Notes: generated by a model not told the origin, from the letters alone. Counted from the stretch's first letter, positions 30,808-43,052 are shown. The stretch: 64,000 bases of DNA from Octopus vulgaris (GCA_951406725.2 OX597822.1:43462001-43526000); one strand, 5' to 3'. Numbers and translations: made by a program.

Positions 30808-30876
30808 TATGTGGTTTTTTGCCTGATGAATATGTTTGAGGTATTTCTCAACATAGGAAACTGTTAGTAGCGCATA
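30808..30876 (+). ncRNA. Type I hammerhead ribozyme motif
   Basis: gc-CTGATGA-a-tatgtt(t)gag[gtattt]ctc-aacata-g-GAAA-ct[gtt]ag-TA-gc. GUA triplet. Stem I extends through tatgt/gcata after a bulge. Confidence 0.7.
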
Positions 30877-30967
30877 AATACATGTATTGTAACCATTGAA
30901 TAATATTTATCTCCCACTAATTAGAGTAGTTTTTGGTAATCCTATCATCACGGAACAGCACATTATA

Positions 30968-31003
<36 letters not shown>

Positions 31004-31078
31004 TGTATGTATGTATGTATGTATGTATAGATGCATATGTGTATGTGCATGTATATATGTATATGTATAGACAGCCAC

Positions 31079-31109
<31 letters not shown>

Positions 31110-31295
31110 AATATTAGGGAATAAATCCAAATTTACAGGGAAAAATTAGATTTAGGATTGAATCCAATTTTATAGTAAAATATTATATTATATTAAATTA
31201 GAGACAAAACCACTATTATGCAAATTAAACAAAGAAAGACTTAAAACAATACATAAATTAATTTATATAAATTTAGAAATTTAACAATTATAAAT

Positions 31296-31356
31296 AACCA
31301 CTACGATTGTTTCATGTCTTATTTCAGCACATCTTTGAGACATTCTTCAGGTGGTT
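31296..31356 (-). ncRNA. Type I hammerhead ribozyme (left arm of the inverted repeat)
   Basis: Minus strand: aaccac-CTGAAGA-atgtct..agacat-GAAA-caatcg-TA-gtggtt. Confidence 0.75.
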
Positions 31357-31404
31357 TCAAAACCTTCTTGGTTCATAGTTTAAAACTCGCCAAGAAGGTT
31401 TTGA

Positions 31405-31465
31405 AACCACCTGAAGAATGTCTCAAAGATGTGCTGAAATAAGACATGAAACGATCGTAGTGGTT
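31405..31465 (+). ncRNA. Type I hammerhead ribozyme, minimal/dimeric Penelope type
   Basis: aaccac-CTGAAGA-atgtct..agacat-GAAA-cgatcg-TA-gtggtt. Stem I 6 bp, stem II 6 bp, palindromic stem III ACGATCGT. Predicted cleavage after GUA at 31459. Confidence 0.88.
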
Positions 31466-31779
31466 ATTTATAATTGTTAATTTTCTAAATTTATATAAAT
31501 TAATTTATGTATTGTTTTAAGTCTTTCTTTGTTTGATTTGCATAATAGTGGTTTTGTCTCTAATTTAATATAATATATATATATATATATAATATCAAAG
31601 GGTATTCTGAAATATTAGAAATTTCCATTACCCGTGGCCTAGCGTGTAAAAATTTAGTCAATAGATTATATATTATTCATATAAATAGAGTTTAAAGTGG
31701 TTTGGAATTTAGCTGTTCTCTCTAGCGTGCAGGTTGTCTTATGGGGGATACTTCTTATGTCTTTAAATGTACACACACG

Positions 31780-32010
31780 CACGCACAGATATGTGTGTGT
31801 GTGTGTGTGTGTGCATATATTTATGTGCGTATGTCTACGTTTGTCCCCCACCGTTGCTTGACAATGGATGTTAGTGTGTTTCCGTCTCCGCAACGTAGCG
31901 GCTCAGCAAAAGACACCGATAGAATTAGTACAAGGCTTACAAAGAACAAGTCCTGGCGTTGATTTCTTCGACTAAAACCGTTTAAGTCGGTGCTGCAGGA
32001 TGGTAACAGA
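31780..32010 (+). mobile_element. SINE family B 3' part
   Basis: tttgtcccccaccgttgcttgacaa..gcaaaagacaccgatagaattagtacaaggcttacaaagaacaagtcctgg. Confidence 0.7.
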
Positions 32011-32050
32011 CACATATCTGAATCATGTAAAAGAATATACATGTATATGT

Positions 32051-32408
32051 GTGGAGGTGCAATAGCCATTGGTTAGGGCAGAGGACACGCGGTTTCGATT
32101 CCCAGTCCGGGCGTTGTGGGTGTTTATGAAGCGAAAATACCTGAAACTCCACGAGGCTCCGGCAGGGGGTGGGGTGGCAAACCTTGCTGTACTCTTTCAC
32201 CACAATTTCCTCTCACTCTTTCTTCCTGTTTCTGTTGTACCTGTATTTCAGAGGGCCAGCCTTGTCACACTCTGTGTCACGCTGAATCTCCCCGAGAACT
32301 ACGTTAAGGGTACACGTGTCTGTGGAGTGCTCACCATGTTAATTTCACGAGCAGGCTCTTCCGCTGATTGGATCAACTGGAACCCTCGTCGTCGTAACCG
32401 ACGGAGTG
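32051..32408 (+). mobile_element. tRNA-derived SINE family C
   Basis: gtggaggtgcaatagccattggttagggcag..ggtttcgattccc (A/B boxes). A second copy lies on the minus strand at 46882-47208. Confidence 0.8.
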
Positions 32409-32424
32409 TTACGATCTGATATGT

Positions 32425-32508
<84 letters not shown>

Positions 32509-32593
32509 CATACATACGTATATATATATACATATATATATATACATATATACATATACATATATGTGTATATATATATATATATATATACAT

Positions 32594-32631
<38 letters not shown>

Positions 32632-33107
32632 GCATACATGCTTCCATATTTACGCACACACATGGAAACATGTATCTTCTTTCCTGCCTGCTAGCCATCC
32701 ATCCATCCATCCATCCATTCATCCATCCATCCATCTCTCTCTCTATCTCTATCTTTCTCTCTTTCTCTTTATCTATCTATCTATCTGCATTACACACGGA
32801 TGTATATATGATTGTGTCTACGCACAGGTCGGCAATTGTTGTGAGGTCATCAATAATTCCTAAAACACATATCCAGCTGGCAAGCATTGAAAAAGATAAC
32901 AATACCTAAAGGTGAACAGCTTGCGATGTTTTCCAATATCAACCACAGCTTCGTATGAGACTAATGAAATACTAATGTCGCTCGAACAGAGTGTATTTTG
33001 CAGCGGACATTGTGTATATTACAAAAGCCTGACAATAACAAATAGTTTTATGTTCGTATTTATGAATATACAATGCATGCATATACACACACTTACTGAC
33101 ACACAGG

Positions 33108-33150
<43 letters not shown>

Positions 33151-33269
33151 GCACACACACGCGCGCACACACACATAACACACACACTTGTAGGTTCCTG
33201 CCACTTACATGAATACAACTAAGTCTATCGTTGGGCTTCCTATAGGGTTTGTAAATATTCTTTTTTAAA

Positions 33270-33570
33270 AAGTTTCTGCCACCCCACCCCCCATAATATT
33301 TAAGAATTCACTTAAGAATATTAGTAGGCGAATTTCTAGGCTCTCCTCCGATATAAACATATTTAATAATTTTGCCCCAAAGCTCTTAAATATTGTAGAT
33401 TTAAAGAGGAAATAACTTATGCACCTGTTATTGGTCGAGAAATAAAGAAAAGAAAACAGGCATAGGAAAATGATCTGGTTTACACCTCCTTACTCCCTCG
33501 AAGTGACCTTTAATACAGGTAAATATTTCTCGTCACTTGTTGATAGACACTTTCCAATACATCAAAATTC
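33270..33570 (+). mobile_element. Penelope-like element fragment (post-RT region), degenerate
   Basis: HPPIIFKNSLKNISRRISRLSSD..F and RHRKMIWFTPPYSLEVTFNTGKYFSSLVDRHFP resemble the HP..I.K..RIS.LSS and IWFNPP..HFP motifs of Penelope-like proteins. Confidence 0.7.
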
Positions 33571-33715
33571 GATTTAGTTAAACCAGAAATTTAAAAAATT
33601 TAATTGCACATAACACAAAAAAAAAACAACAACACGAAGCCGGCTGTACCTACTGGGATAAAGACTTATACTTGCTGAATAGAGTTTGTGTGACTGAGGC
33701 CATTATTTATGTATG

Positions 33716-33831
<116 letters not shown>

Positions 33832-33928
33832 AGTGTGTGTGTGTGTACCAATGAAGAAATAAGTGATATAGATATCCACTTTATACAGTTCAGCCGAGTA
33901 GCACTCTGATTGAGTTTCAGGAATATAA

Positions 33929-34325
33929 AATTAGGGAGAGGAGAAAACAAATTCAACGGTCGATGTATGTATTCATTCAATTCATATTAACGAAATTCTC
34001 CATAGTATACAAGGTACATACATAGATGCATTCATCTATATGAAATATACAAAATTTCTAAGACTTTATAAATATATAAAAATCCATACACATATAAAAA
34101 CTATAAACACATAAAAATTCATAAATACAAATATATAAAAAGCCTAGGTCCGTAATTGTACTTGCGAAGTCCAAAGGAAGAAGGTCATAAAGCGGGTGTA
34201 AAATGATTCATAAGATACATACATGCATCTATGTATGTACCTTGTATACTATGGAGAATTTCGTTAATATGGATTGAATAAATGTATACATAGGCCTTTG
34301 AATTTGTTTTCTCCTACCCTTAATT
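33929..34325. repeat. Inverted repeat (~103 bp arms, ~190 bp spacer)
   Basis: 33929-34031 is complementary to 34223-34325, including the perfect block catattaacgaaattctccatagtatacaaggtacatacatagatgcat. Confidence 0.85.
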
Positions 34326-34876
34326 ATATATATATATGTACCTCTATAGATATGTACACATAGGTATATTCATGTATGCGGCGATTGTTAATATATATAT
34401 CTGTACGAGTGTGCATATATATATATATATATATGTTCATGTTTGTGTATGAGTATATTTATTTGTATAAATGTCTAATATATATGTAGGCATATATCTA
34501 TATGAGGTTGAAGTTGCATATACATATATACGTATGTGAGTGTGTATATATTTATACATATACATGCTTATACATGTATATGTATATGCGTGTGTGTAGA
34601 GAGAGATGTCTATATGAGCATGTAAATGGATGTATGGGCATATCTCTCTCTCTCTGTATATATATATATATATGTATATACACATGTCAGTGTGAGTGTG
34701 TACGTATGTAGATTTTACGAACGCAGAAGGAACCTATTTATTCTGAGATTGTGGTTGCGTGTAGTTTTTTATAATTCAAACATTTTTTAATATTTTATAT
34801 CTTTTATATTTTTCACGCCTATTAGAGTAACTTCCCCTTTATTCAACGGTTTTTTTTTCATAGCGTCTACCGTCAA

Positions 34877-34937
34877 AATAGCCGATGAAAATGTCTCGAA
34901 GCTCCTAGCTCCGGCATTTGAAACTCTGAGTTCTGTT
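34877..34937 (+). ncRNA. Type I hammerhead motif with a CCGAUGA core variant
   Basis: aatag-CCGATGA-aaatgtc..ggcattt-GAAA-ctctgag-TT-ctgtt. All three stems pair. GUU triplet. Confidence 0.68.
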
Positions 34938-35025
34938 ATGACAACTTACTGATTGTCCTATACTATACTAAACAATACGATGCTATACTATACTATATTA
35001 TACTATACTATACTATACTACACTA

Positions 35026-35067
<42 letters not shown>

Positions 35068-35113
35068 TCCTCTATTATTTACATAATATCGAGGTCTCAT
35101 TTTTTTGTTGTCA

Positions 35114-35200
<87 letters not shown>

Positions 35201-36464
35201 CATGTGTGTGTGTGTGCGATATGAGATCTTTAAGCTTTTACTTATTTGAATCATTGGATAAGAGAGTTGCTGGGAATCACGTTGAAGGGTTAATCGAAGA
35301 AAGCGACCTCAGTTCTTATTTTTGAAATCTGGCATTTATTCTACCGGTATCTTTTGCTGAACCGTTATGTTACAGGATCCTAAAGGAACTAACACCGGAT
35401 GTCACGTGATGAAATAAACAAACACACACAGGCACCCCTTCCCACGCCTATACAACCCAGATTCCATTTACAAAATTCACTCACAAGGCACGGTTATGTC
35501 AAGGATTATAGTAGAAGACATTGGTTCAAGCTCTGACACATTGGGGGAATGAATCCAAATCTAAGTGGCTGCAAATTTGAAGAGCGAACTTAGGTAGGAG
35601 TGGTTATAAAACATGTTATACATAGAAAAATTAGATAGATATCTAAATTGGACATGAAGATATGAAAACGTTAAAAAAAAAACGAAAAGAAAAGAAAACG
35701 AAATCGAAAAATGCAAATAATTCTGAGTGAGGTCAGTGAAGTGAAAACTATAATTTAAAAGTTTTAAAGGCCCTCTGCAGAAACTCTATGTCGATTCTAT
35801 AGCATGATTTAAGCGAAACTATTTAAAGTCAAAAGTGTTATAGAAAGATCGTATAATGATCCAATGGGAAGGTCGGGAAGTCTCAATGGTTCTAAGATAT
35901 TAACAAAGATCGTCAAATATATCCAAAATTATAATCATGATAAGAGTAAGAATTTACAGTAAATTGAAATAACTAAATTCATATTTGTTACTGGGGATGA
36001 AGCCTTGCAATAGAAAACGCCGTACACTATTTCAGGTTTTCATCAATGTTGTTCTCGCAAAACTAGGCCACATGGTTCAGTCCAAAATTCAGTATGCGAG
36101 AAGCAGTGCATCTGGGAAATCCTCAAATTTATATAGAGCTATTTTCCAGAGGTCATTAATAATATAAGGATATTGAATAGAAACATTCTGTAAGTTTGTT
36201 ATTCTTGTAAGAATTTCGTTTTGTTGGTTAACCAGCATAATGTGAAAACTGTCTCTGAAGCCAATAGAAATGAAAGACATGTAATTGTATAGACATCAAC
36301 AAATGTCTCATTAATGGCAACTGCATGGCAAAAGTAATACTATATAGGACTGAAGTCCCAGTTTATAATAGCCCGGTATCCAAAATTTTAGATGGGGCAA
36401 CAGAAAACCGTTTTAAGGCAATTATTTTACATGGAAAATAATTCATTTCAATAACCTATTTCTT

Positions 36465-36630
36465 TACTACCCATAAGGAGCTAAACACAGAGAGGACAAA
36501 CAAGAACAGACAAACGGATTAAGTCGATTATATCGATCCCAATGCGTAACTGGTACTTATTTAATCGACCCCGAAAGGATGAAGGGCAAAGTAGACGTCG
36601 GCGAAATTTGAACTCAGAACTAACCGACGC
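36465..36630 (-). mobile_element. SINE family A copy
   Basis: ctggtacttatttaatcgaccccgaaaggatgaagggcaaagtagacgtcggcgaaatttgaactcagaac. Confidence 0.8.
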
Positions 36631-36877
36631 GTCAATCATAATCAGACGGGTATGTATTATCCAACATATTTCATAAATTTTGAAACGTCCGACCACCCCA
36701 AACTATCCAGTCAGCTTTAAATATATAGTCGATTATTTACCGAATAATTTATCCCTGCACCATTTATAAACGTTTATAAAAATTGACTGTAGTCAAATGA
36801 TCGGTTACGTGAAACTCAAACTAATAGATTTTTCAGCTGCAGGAAAAATACCGATGATTATGATGATGATAATGTTG

Positions 36878-36924
<47 letters not shown>

Positions 36925-37089
36925 AATAATAATAATGATAATAATAATTATAATTCACATACACATATATATGTGTATGTATATATGTATACATATATAT
37001 TTCACAAACTGTTAGTTTGTGGAATTTCTCAGCTTCAATAATATATGTATGTCTATATGCATGTATGTATGTATATATATATATGTATG

Positions 37090-37150
<61 letters not shown>

Positions 37151-37151
37151 G

Positions 37152-37212
<61 letters not shown>

Positions 37213-37219
37213 GTATATA

Positions 37220-37334
<115 letters not shown>

Positions 37335-38764
37335 CTGTGCGAGTACGTATAAAATATGTACGTATGTATATGGGGGTTCTATGTATATATACGTATATGC
37401 TCAACGGAATCAGTTGGGAAATTAACCTGATATTGCGTTATGAAAAATGCACCAAGGCAACATTGGAAAAAAATATCATGTTATATAAAGAAAACAAATA
37501 TGATAGTATTATTCCAAAAAACACTTAAAAATTATATGAATTAATGACCTAGACATTGTATAACACACGCAAATGGTTTGGAAAAAATATTATGGCCGCA
37601 TTAAATTCATACTTTAAAAAATATAAATGCAAAAAAAAAAATATATATATATATAAGGCAGTAATTCTTAATATTTTATCTAGGTGTTTAAGTAAGAAGT
37701 TACAGTTATAATATCGTGAACTGGAAGTTAAGGTGAATTAGTAAGACTAGACAGGAAAACATGAAATATAATGGCTACGTTTCGAATACATTATCTAAAA
37801 ATCTGACATAGAAATATATTTATCAAGAATACAAGGAGGGTGAGGTATTTTGTAAACAATCACAAAAACTTGAACAAATAAACAAGAACTATTTACTGTC
37901 TCCAGGGAAGTCAAGAAATGAGAAAAAAAGAGAAAAAAAATGAAGTCAGATGAAGTAACAGATATTTGTGAGTAAAAACGGTAAAACAACAACAGAAAAT
38001 ATCTTGCAAAAAACAAGAAATAAGAACTAAATTGAAATTGGCATTATGAAATATCAGACGGTGGTTAGAAAAGTCTAAAAGTTATCATATCGCAGCCAAT
38101 ATGTGACAAACGCAGAGCAGAGAGGTTTCAGAGAATGGCAAACTGAACACATTATAGAATATTAAGATTATCAGAGAGGAGGAGATTAACGTTAATCGCA
38201 CCAAACAATGCTGTCAAGGACCACCAGATAATCAAGACTTCCTTATATACGTGTCAAATGCAGGCCGTATGGTAAAAAAATGTTTCTAACGTAACAACGC
38301 CATCCTCAGTTCGGTTCCGCTGCACAACCTACGATTGTTAATGAGATTAAGTAAACCTGAACTGTGACGACCCTCGTATACACACATACACACACACACA
38401 CACACAGACACACACACACACACACACACACATACACACACGCACACGCACGCACACACACATGCATACACACACACAAACATACATACATAGATACATA
38501 CTGGCGTAGCAAGATACATACCAACACGTCTGAAGCAAAATATGGCTGAAATTGGGTTCTTGGGGGAGAATATGGAAATCCTTAATTCATGCTCTAAAAA
38601 TGATCACGATATGTAACAAAATAAAAATCTGCAAGACCTCCTTAAGATGTAATGGACAATGAACAAAACAAAATTCTTACCTTCACAACCTTGCTACCAA
38701 GTAGTTAGCCAACCAAAATTTAAAAAGAAAAAGTGTAAATCCATCCAACCATCCATCTATACCT

Positions 38765-38971
38765 AGCTAGCTAGCTAGCTACCTACCTACGTACCTACGT
38801 ACCTACCTACCTACCTACATACCTACCTACCTACCTTCCTACCTACCTACCTACCTACCTACCTACCTACCTACCTACCTACCTACCTACCTACCTACCT
38901 ACCTACCTACCTACCTACATACTTACCTACCTACCTACCTACCTACCTACCTACCTACATACCTACTTACC

Positions 38972-38973
<2 letters not shown>
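38765..38973. repeat. (ACCT)n tetranucleotide microsatellite
   Basis: Directly visible. Confidence 0.95.
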
Positions 38974-39011
<38 letters not shown>

Positions 39012-39235
39012 ATCAATATAGGGTGGCAAAAAAAAAATTTTGTAGAATTCTTTTGCCACCAGCGGCCTAGTAGGAAAAAATTAAATAGTCATAAACCATT
39101 TTTACGTTCAACATCACAATCAAGGAACGGCCATAATAGGCCATTCACCCACTAGAAATAACAGCCAAAAGCTTTAACCGCAAAATAACATTAATTCCGT
39201 AAACCAGGAGAAAATTGAAAAACTTTTACCCTGTA

Positions 39236-39342
39236 ATTTCTTAGACGATGCACCGTTTCATCTACCGTTTAATGGTAAACTAACCTGATTAAATTAAATC
39301 AAGCCAATCCACCATAGGCCCTTAGACTCATCAGTAAGAAAT
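39236..39342 (-). ncRNA. Type I hammerhead ribozyme (copy 1)
   Basis: Minus strand: atttctta-CTGATGA-gtcta..tagat-GAAA-cgg[tgca]tcg-TC-taagaaat. Stem I 8 bp, stem II 5 bp with a large loop, stem III with palindromic loop. GUC cleavage between 39244 and 39243. Confidence 0.88.
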
Positions 39343-39726
39343 AGCCAAGTCGGAACAGATATTTTTCACGAGGCATTCCTCTTGCTACCTCGGCAATATC
39401 TGACCTAAAATTTTCAAATCGTCGCACTCGCGCCAAATTTATCGGCAGCAAATAAATATAAGCCACCGATTCCATTACGGAACTAACCAGAAAATTCATA
39501 ATTAATCAATATAGGGTGGCAAAAAAAATTTTGTAGAATTCTTTTGCCACCAGCGGCCTAGTAGGAAAAAATTAAATAGTCATAAACCATTTTTACGTTC
39601 AACATCACAATCAAGGAACGGCCATAATAGGCCATTCACCCACTAGAAATAACAGCCAAAAGCTTTAACCGCAAAATAACATTAATTCCGTAAACCAGGA
39701 GAAAATTGAAAAACTTTTACCCTGTA

Positions 39727-39833
39727 ATTTCTTAGACGATGCACCGTTTCATCTACCGTTTAATGGTAAACTAACCTGATTAAATTAAATCAAGCCAATC
39801 CACCATAGGCCCTTAGACTCATCAGTAAGAAAT
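39727..39833 (-). ncRNA. Type I hammerhead ribozyme (copy 2)
   Basis: Identical to copy 1, offset by 491 nt. Cleavage between 39735 and 39734. Confidence 0.88.
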
Positions 39834-39991
39834 AGCCAAGTCGGAACAGATATTTTTCACGAGGCATTCCTCTTGCTACCTCGGCAATATCTGACCTAAA
39901 ATTTTCAAATCGTCGCACTCGCGCCAAATTTATCGGCAGCAAATAAATATAAGCCACCGATTCCATTACGGAACTAACCAGAAAATTCATA

Positions 39992-40024
<33 letters not shown>

Positions 40025-40444
40025 TATTTTTACAAAAAGAGGAGTGACAGTGACTTCGCAGTTTCTCGTGCTCCATTATGACCGCAGTTCTCTTGAACTA
40101 ATTATTGAATAAAAGCATCTAAGTGCATATGTACACACCCAACATACATACATACACACACACGTATACATATATATTGATAGATAGATATACACATGAA
40201 TGTATGTTCGCATGTATGGTAATATGTATGTGTCTATATATATATATATATCAAGGCATAGATTCACATATGCATACCATAGTATATGATTATAGACTTA
40301 ACAAAGGAGTCTATCATTGACGGATTGGTGATCATTCTCGTTTTTAATCATCATCGCCATTATTGCCGCCATTTCTCAGAGATTTCTCTGTGCAGCTCTG
40401 GACGTAATGTTGTCTTTGATGGCTTTTATCCATTGTCTATACCA

Positions 40445-40775
40445 CAAAAGAATGCCCTAGACTTGCCCAAAACCACTACAAGTTGTGGCGACATGATTAG
40501 GTAGCGGAAGTGATACGTTGGAAATTGTGCAAAACGTGGGGAGCAGAGAAGGGCAAGATGTGGTATGAACATAAACCGCACAGTGTAGCAGAGTCGGAGT
40601 CTAGCGACATTCTTGGGGATTTCCCAATCCAAACAGATCACGTGATAGAGCATAACAGACCGGACCAAGTTGTAGTGGATAAGGTGCACCACATCTGCTA
40701 TATAGTTGATGTTTTATGCCCGATTGATCCACGAATAGTCAAGAAGGAAGGCGAAAAAATAGATAAATATACCAT
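40445..40775 (+). mobile_element. R4/Dong-like RLE-domain fragment
   Basis: IRWKLCK..WYEHKP..DFPIQTDHVIEHNRPD.VVVDK..IVDV.CP.D..KEGEKIDKY. Confidence 0.8.
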
Positions 40776-40865
40776 CTTAAGTATGTCTGTATTTGTGTTT
40801 GTATATATATGTGTTTATATGTTTGTGTGTGTTGTGTGTGTGTTGCGCGTGTGTGTGTGATGTGA

Positions 40866-40915
<50 letters not shown>

Positions 40916-41160
40916 CTGTGTGTGTAACGATATAAATTTTACTTCAGTAGCGAAAGAACGTATAGTATGTTGAACTTAGTAAGCCTGCAACGCATGCAAG
41001 ATCCCAGGAGCTCCAACTAAACCTGTGATAAAGGGTTTTGGTGATATTATGGTGAAAGTAACAACAACAATATTAATAATTATAATCATAATAAAGAACA
41101 TGTATGATTATCGATATAGCAACAACAACAACAATAATAATGATAATAATAATAATAATG

Positions 41161-41212
<52 letters not shown>

Positions 41213-41240
41213 TAATAAAGATAATAATAATAATAATAAC

Positions 41241-41284
<44 letters not shown>

Positions 41285-41320
41285 TAATAATGATGATGAT
41301 GATGATGATCTTGTTGATGT

Positions 41321-41360
<40 letters not shown>

Positions 41361-41449
41361 ATTATCCGCTGTGGTCAGCTGACACTTTCCATCAGCTGAC
41401 ACTTTCCCAGCAAAATAAGCTGAGAGTTTTCATCAAAATAATAATAATG

Positions 41450-41540
41450 ACCCCACTGTTTAACTGGTAATTATTTTATCGGTTCCCGAAAGCAATTGAA
41501 GGCAAAGTTAACTTCGGCGGAATTTGAACTCAGAACACAA
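41450..41540 (-). mobile_element. SINE family A fragment
   Basis: ctggtaattattttatcggttcccgaaag..aaggcaaagttaacttcggcggaatttgaactcagaac. Confidence 0.65.
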
Positions 41541-42083
41541 AGAGGACAAGACAATAACAACAACAACAACAGTAAGAAGAATAAGAAGACGAAGAAAAAG
41601 AAGAAGAAAGAAAGAAAGAAAGATAGAAAATAAAAAAGATGTAGATGAAGAACAACAACAAGAAGAAAACGATAAAAAGAAAAAGCGGAAAATGAAAAGA
41701 AAGAGGAATATATGACAAATGAAGAGGATGCAACCGAAGAAAGACAAAAAAGAAAAAAGGAAGAGAGATATGTAGAGAAAAAAGGAGAGGAGAAAAAGAT
41801 GGCGGTTGTCTGTTAGGTAGATACATGTCGGAAACAATATTAATAATTATAATTATAATAAAGAACATGTATGATTATCGATATAGCATGCCCCGGTGAC
41901 AACAGGATCAATGTGAAAGAAGAAGAATAAATAAACAACCACGAGATTGAGTGAGAGAGAGAGAGAAAGAGAGAGACAGAGTTAGATAGATAGATTAATA
42001 GATTGACAGAGAGAGAAAGAAAGAGTGACAGCAAAAAGGAACGGTTAGCTTGACATAAAATGTATAGTCACTTATTCTGTAAT

Positions 42084-42166
<83 letters not shown>

Positions 42167-42178
42167 GTTTATATTGTA

Positions 42179-42616
42179 CTAGCAGCATAGCCCGGCGTTG
42201 CCCGGGTATGTAAGAGCCCCTAGTAGGCAACGACTAATCCCAATCTAGTCCTTTCCCTCTAGGGAACGAAGGCGCATGTGTAGGTTGCAATGTCTTCTCT
42301 TCACTCGAATACTTCTGTGTAAACGATGTTCTTAGCTGTCCCTTTGGGCGATAAAAAGGTCGAGTTGTGTCCCCTAGACAGAAAATGTGTTGCATATAAA
42401 AAGCTTAGATTCTCGACCCCATGTCGAATTTATCGATTGTTTTCAGAACTGGGGGAACTTTTCAAAATTTTCACTGCGCTAGTTTTGAATTATGACATTG
42501 GGTTATGTGTGTCAAGTTTCATCAGAATCGGTTGAAAGCCGTGGTCAGGGTGAGGGTACAACCTGACAGACACACAGACACACAGACAGACAAACTGCCG
42601 TTTATATATAGAGAGA
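42179..42616 (-). mobile_element. Non-autonomous Helitron
   Basis: Minus strand starts A|TCtctctatatataaa and ends with hairpin cccgggcaacgccggg..CTAG|T, the canonical AT insertion site. Confidence 0.88.
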
Positions 42617-43016
42617 TACGCGTGTAAGCGTATGTTTGAGAGTGTGTGGCAGTGTCTGTGTCTCAATATGTGTATGTATGTGTGTATGTATATATAGTTT
42701 ACTGTTCCGTTATAGATAGGACCAAGTAAAACAGTTCTCCATATATATATTTACGTATATATTCCATTCACACTGAAATCATACTAAAACAAGTCTTTTC
42801 TTCTTTTACAAAAAAAGGTTCATCTTATACATAAAACCTTTCATTCATTACATAGACATCACAAATGACATTTGCAAAGAGATAGAAAACGTCGCTGCAA
42901 TGAAAATGTAGGCTTTCGAAAAATGTCTGCATCATAGAGCATATCAATATGAGAAACAAAACTACACACACACACACACACATATATATATACATATATA
43001 TACATATACACACACA

Positions 43017-43052
<36 letters not shown>

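Larger units (their letters stand above)
31185..31577. repeat. Inverted repeat (2 x ~187 bp, 18-nt spacer), Penelope-like fold-back flanked by (TA)n
   Basis: Arms 31185-31371 and 31390-31577 are nearly perfectly complementary. Confidence 0.92.
39009..39992. repeat. Tandem direct duplication of a 491-493 bp unit flanked by (TA)n, one hammerhead ribozyme per unit
   Basis: Units 39009-39501 and 39502-39992 appear identical except for an A-run length (10 vs 8). Confidence 0.95.

Noticed and set aside
32051-32125. tRNA genes at SINE heads (also 20052, 22572, 43622)
   Set aside because: A/B boxes are present but there is no full cloverleaf, and each continues into a multi-copy SINE body.
39299-39499. 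Duplicated 66-aa ORF (also at 39790-39990) as a protein gene
   Set aside because: It has no recognisable motif and overlaps the ribozyme. Its duplication only reflects the tandem repeat.
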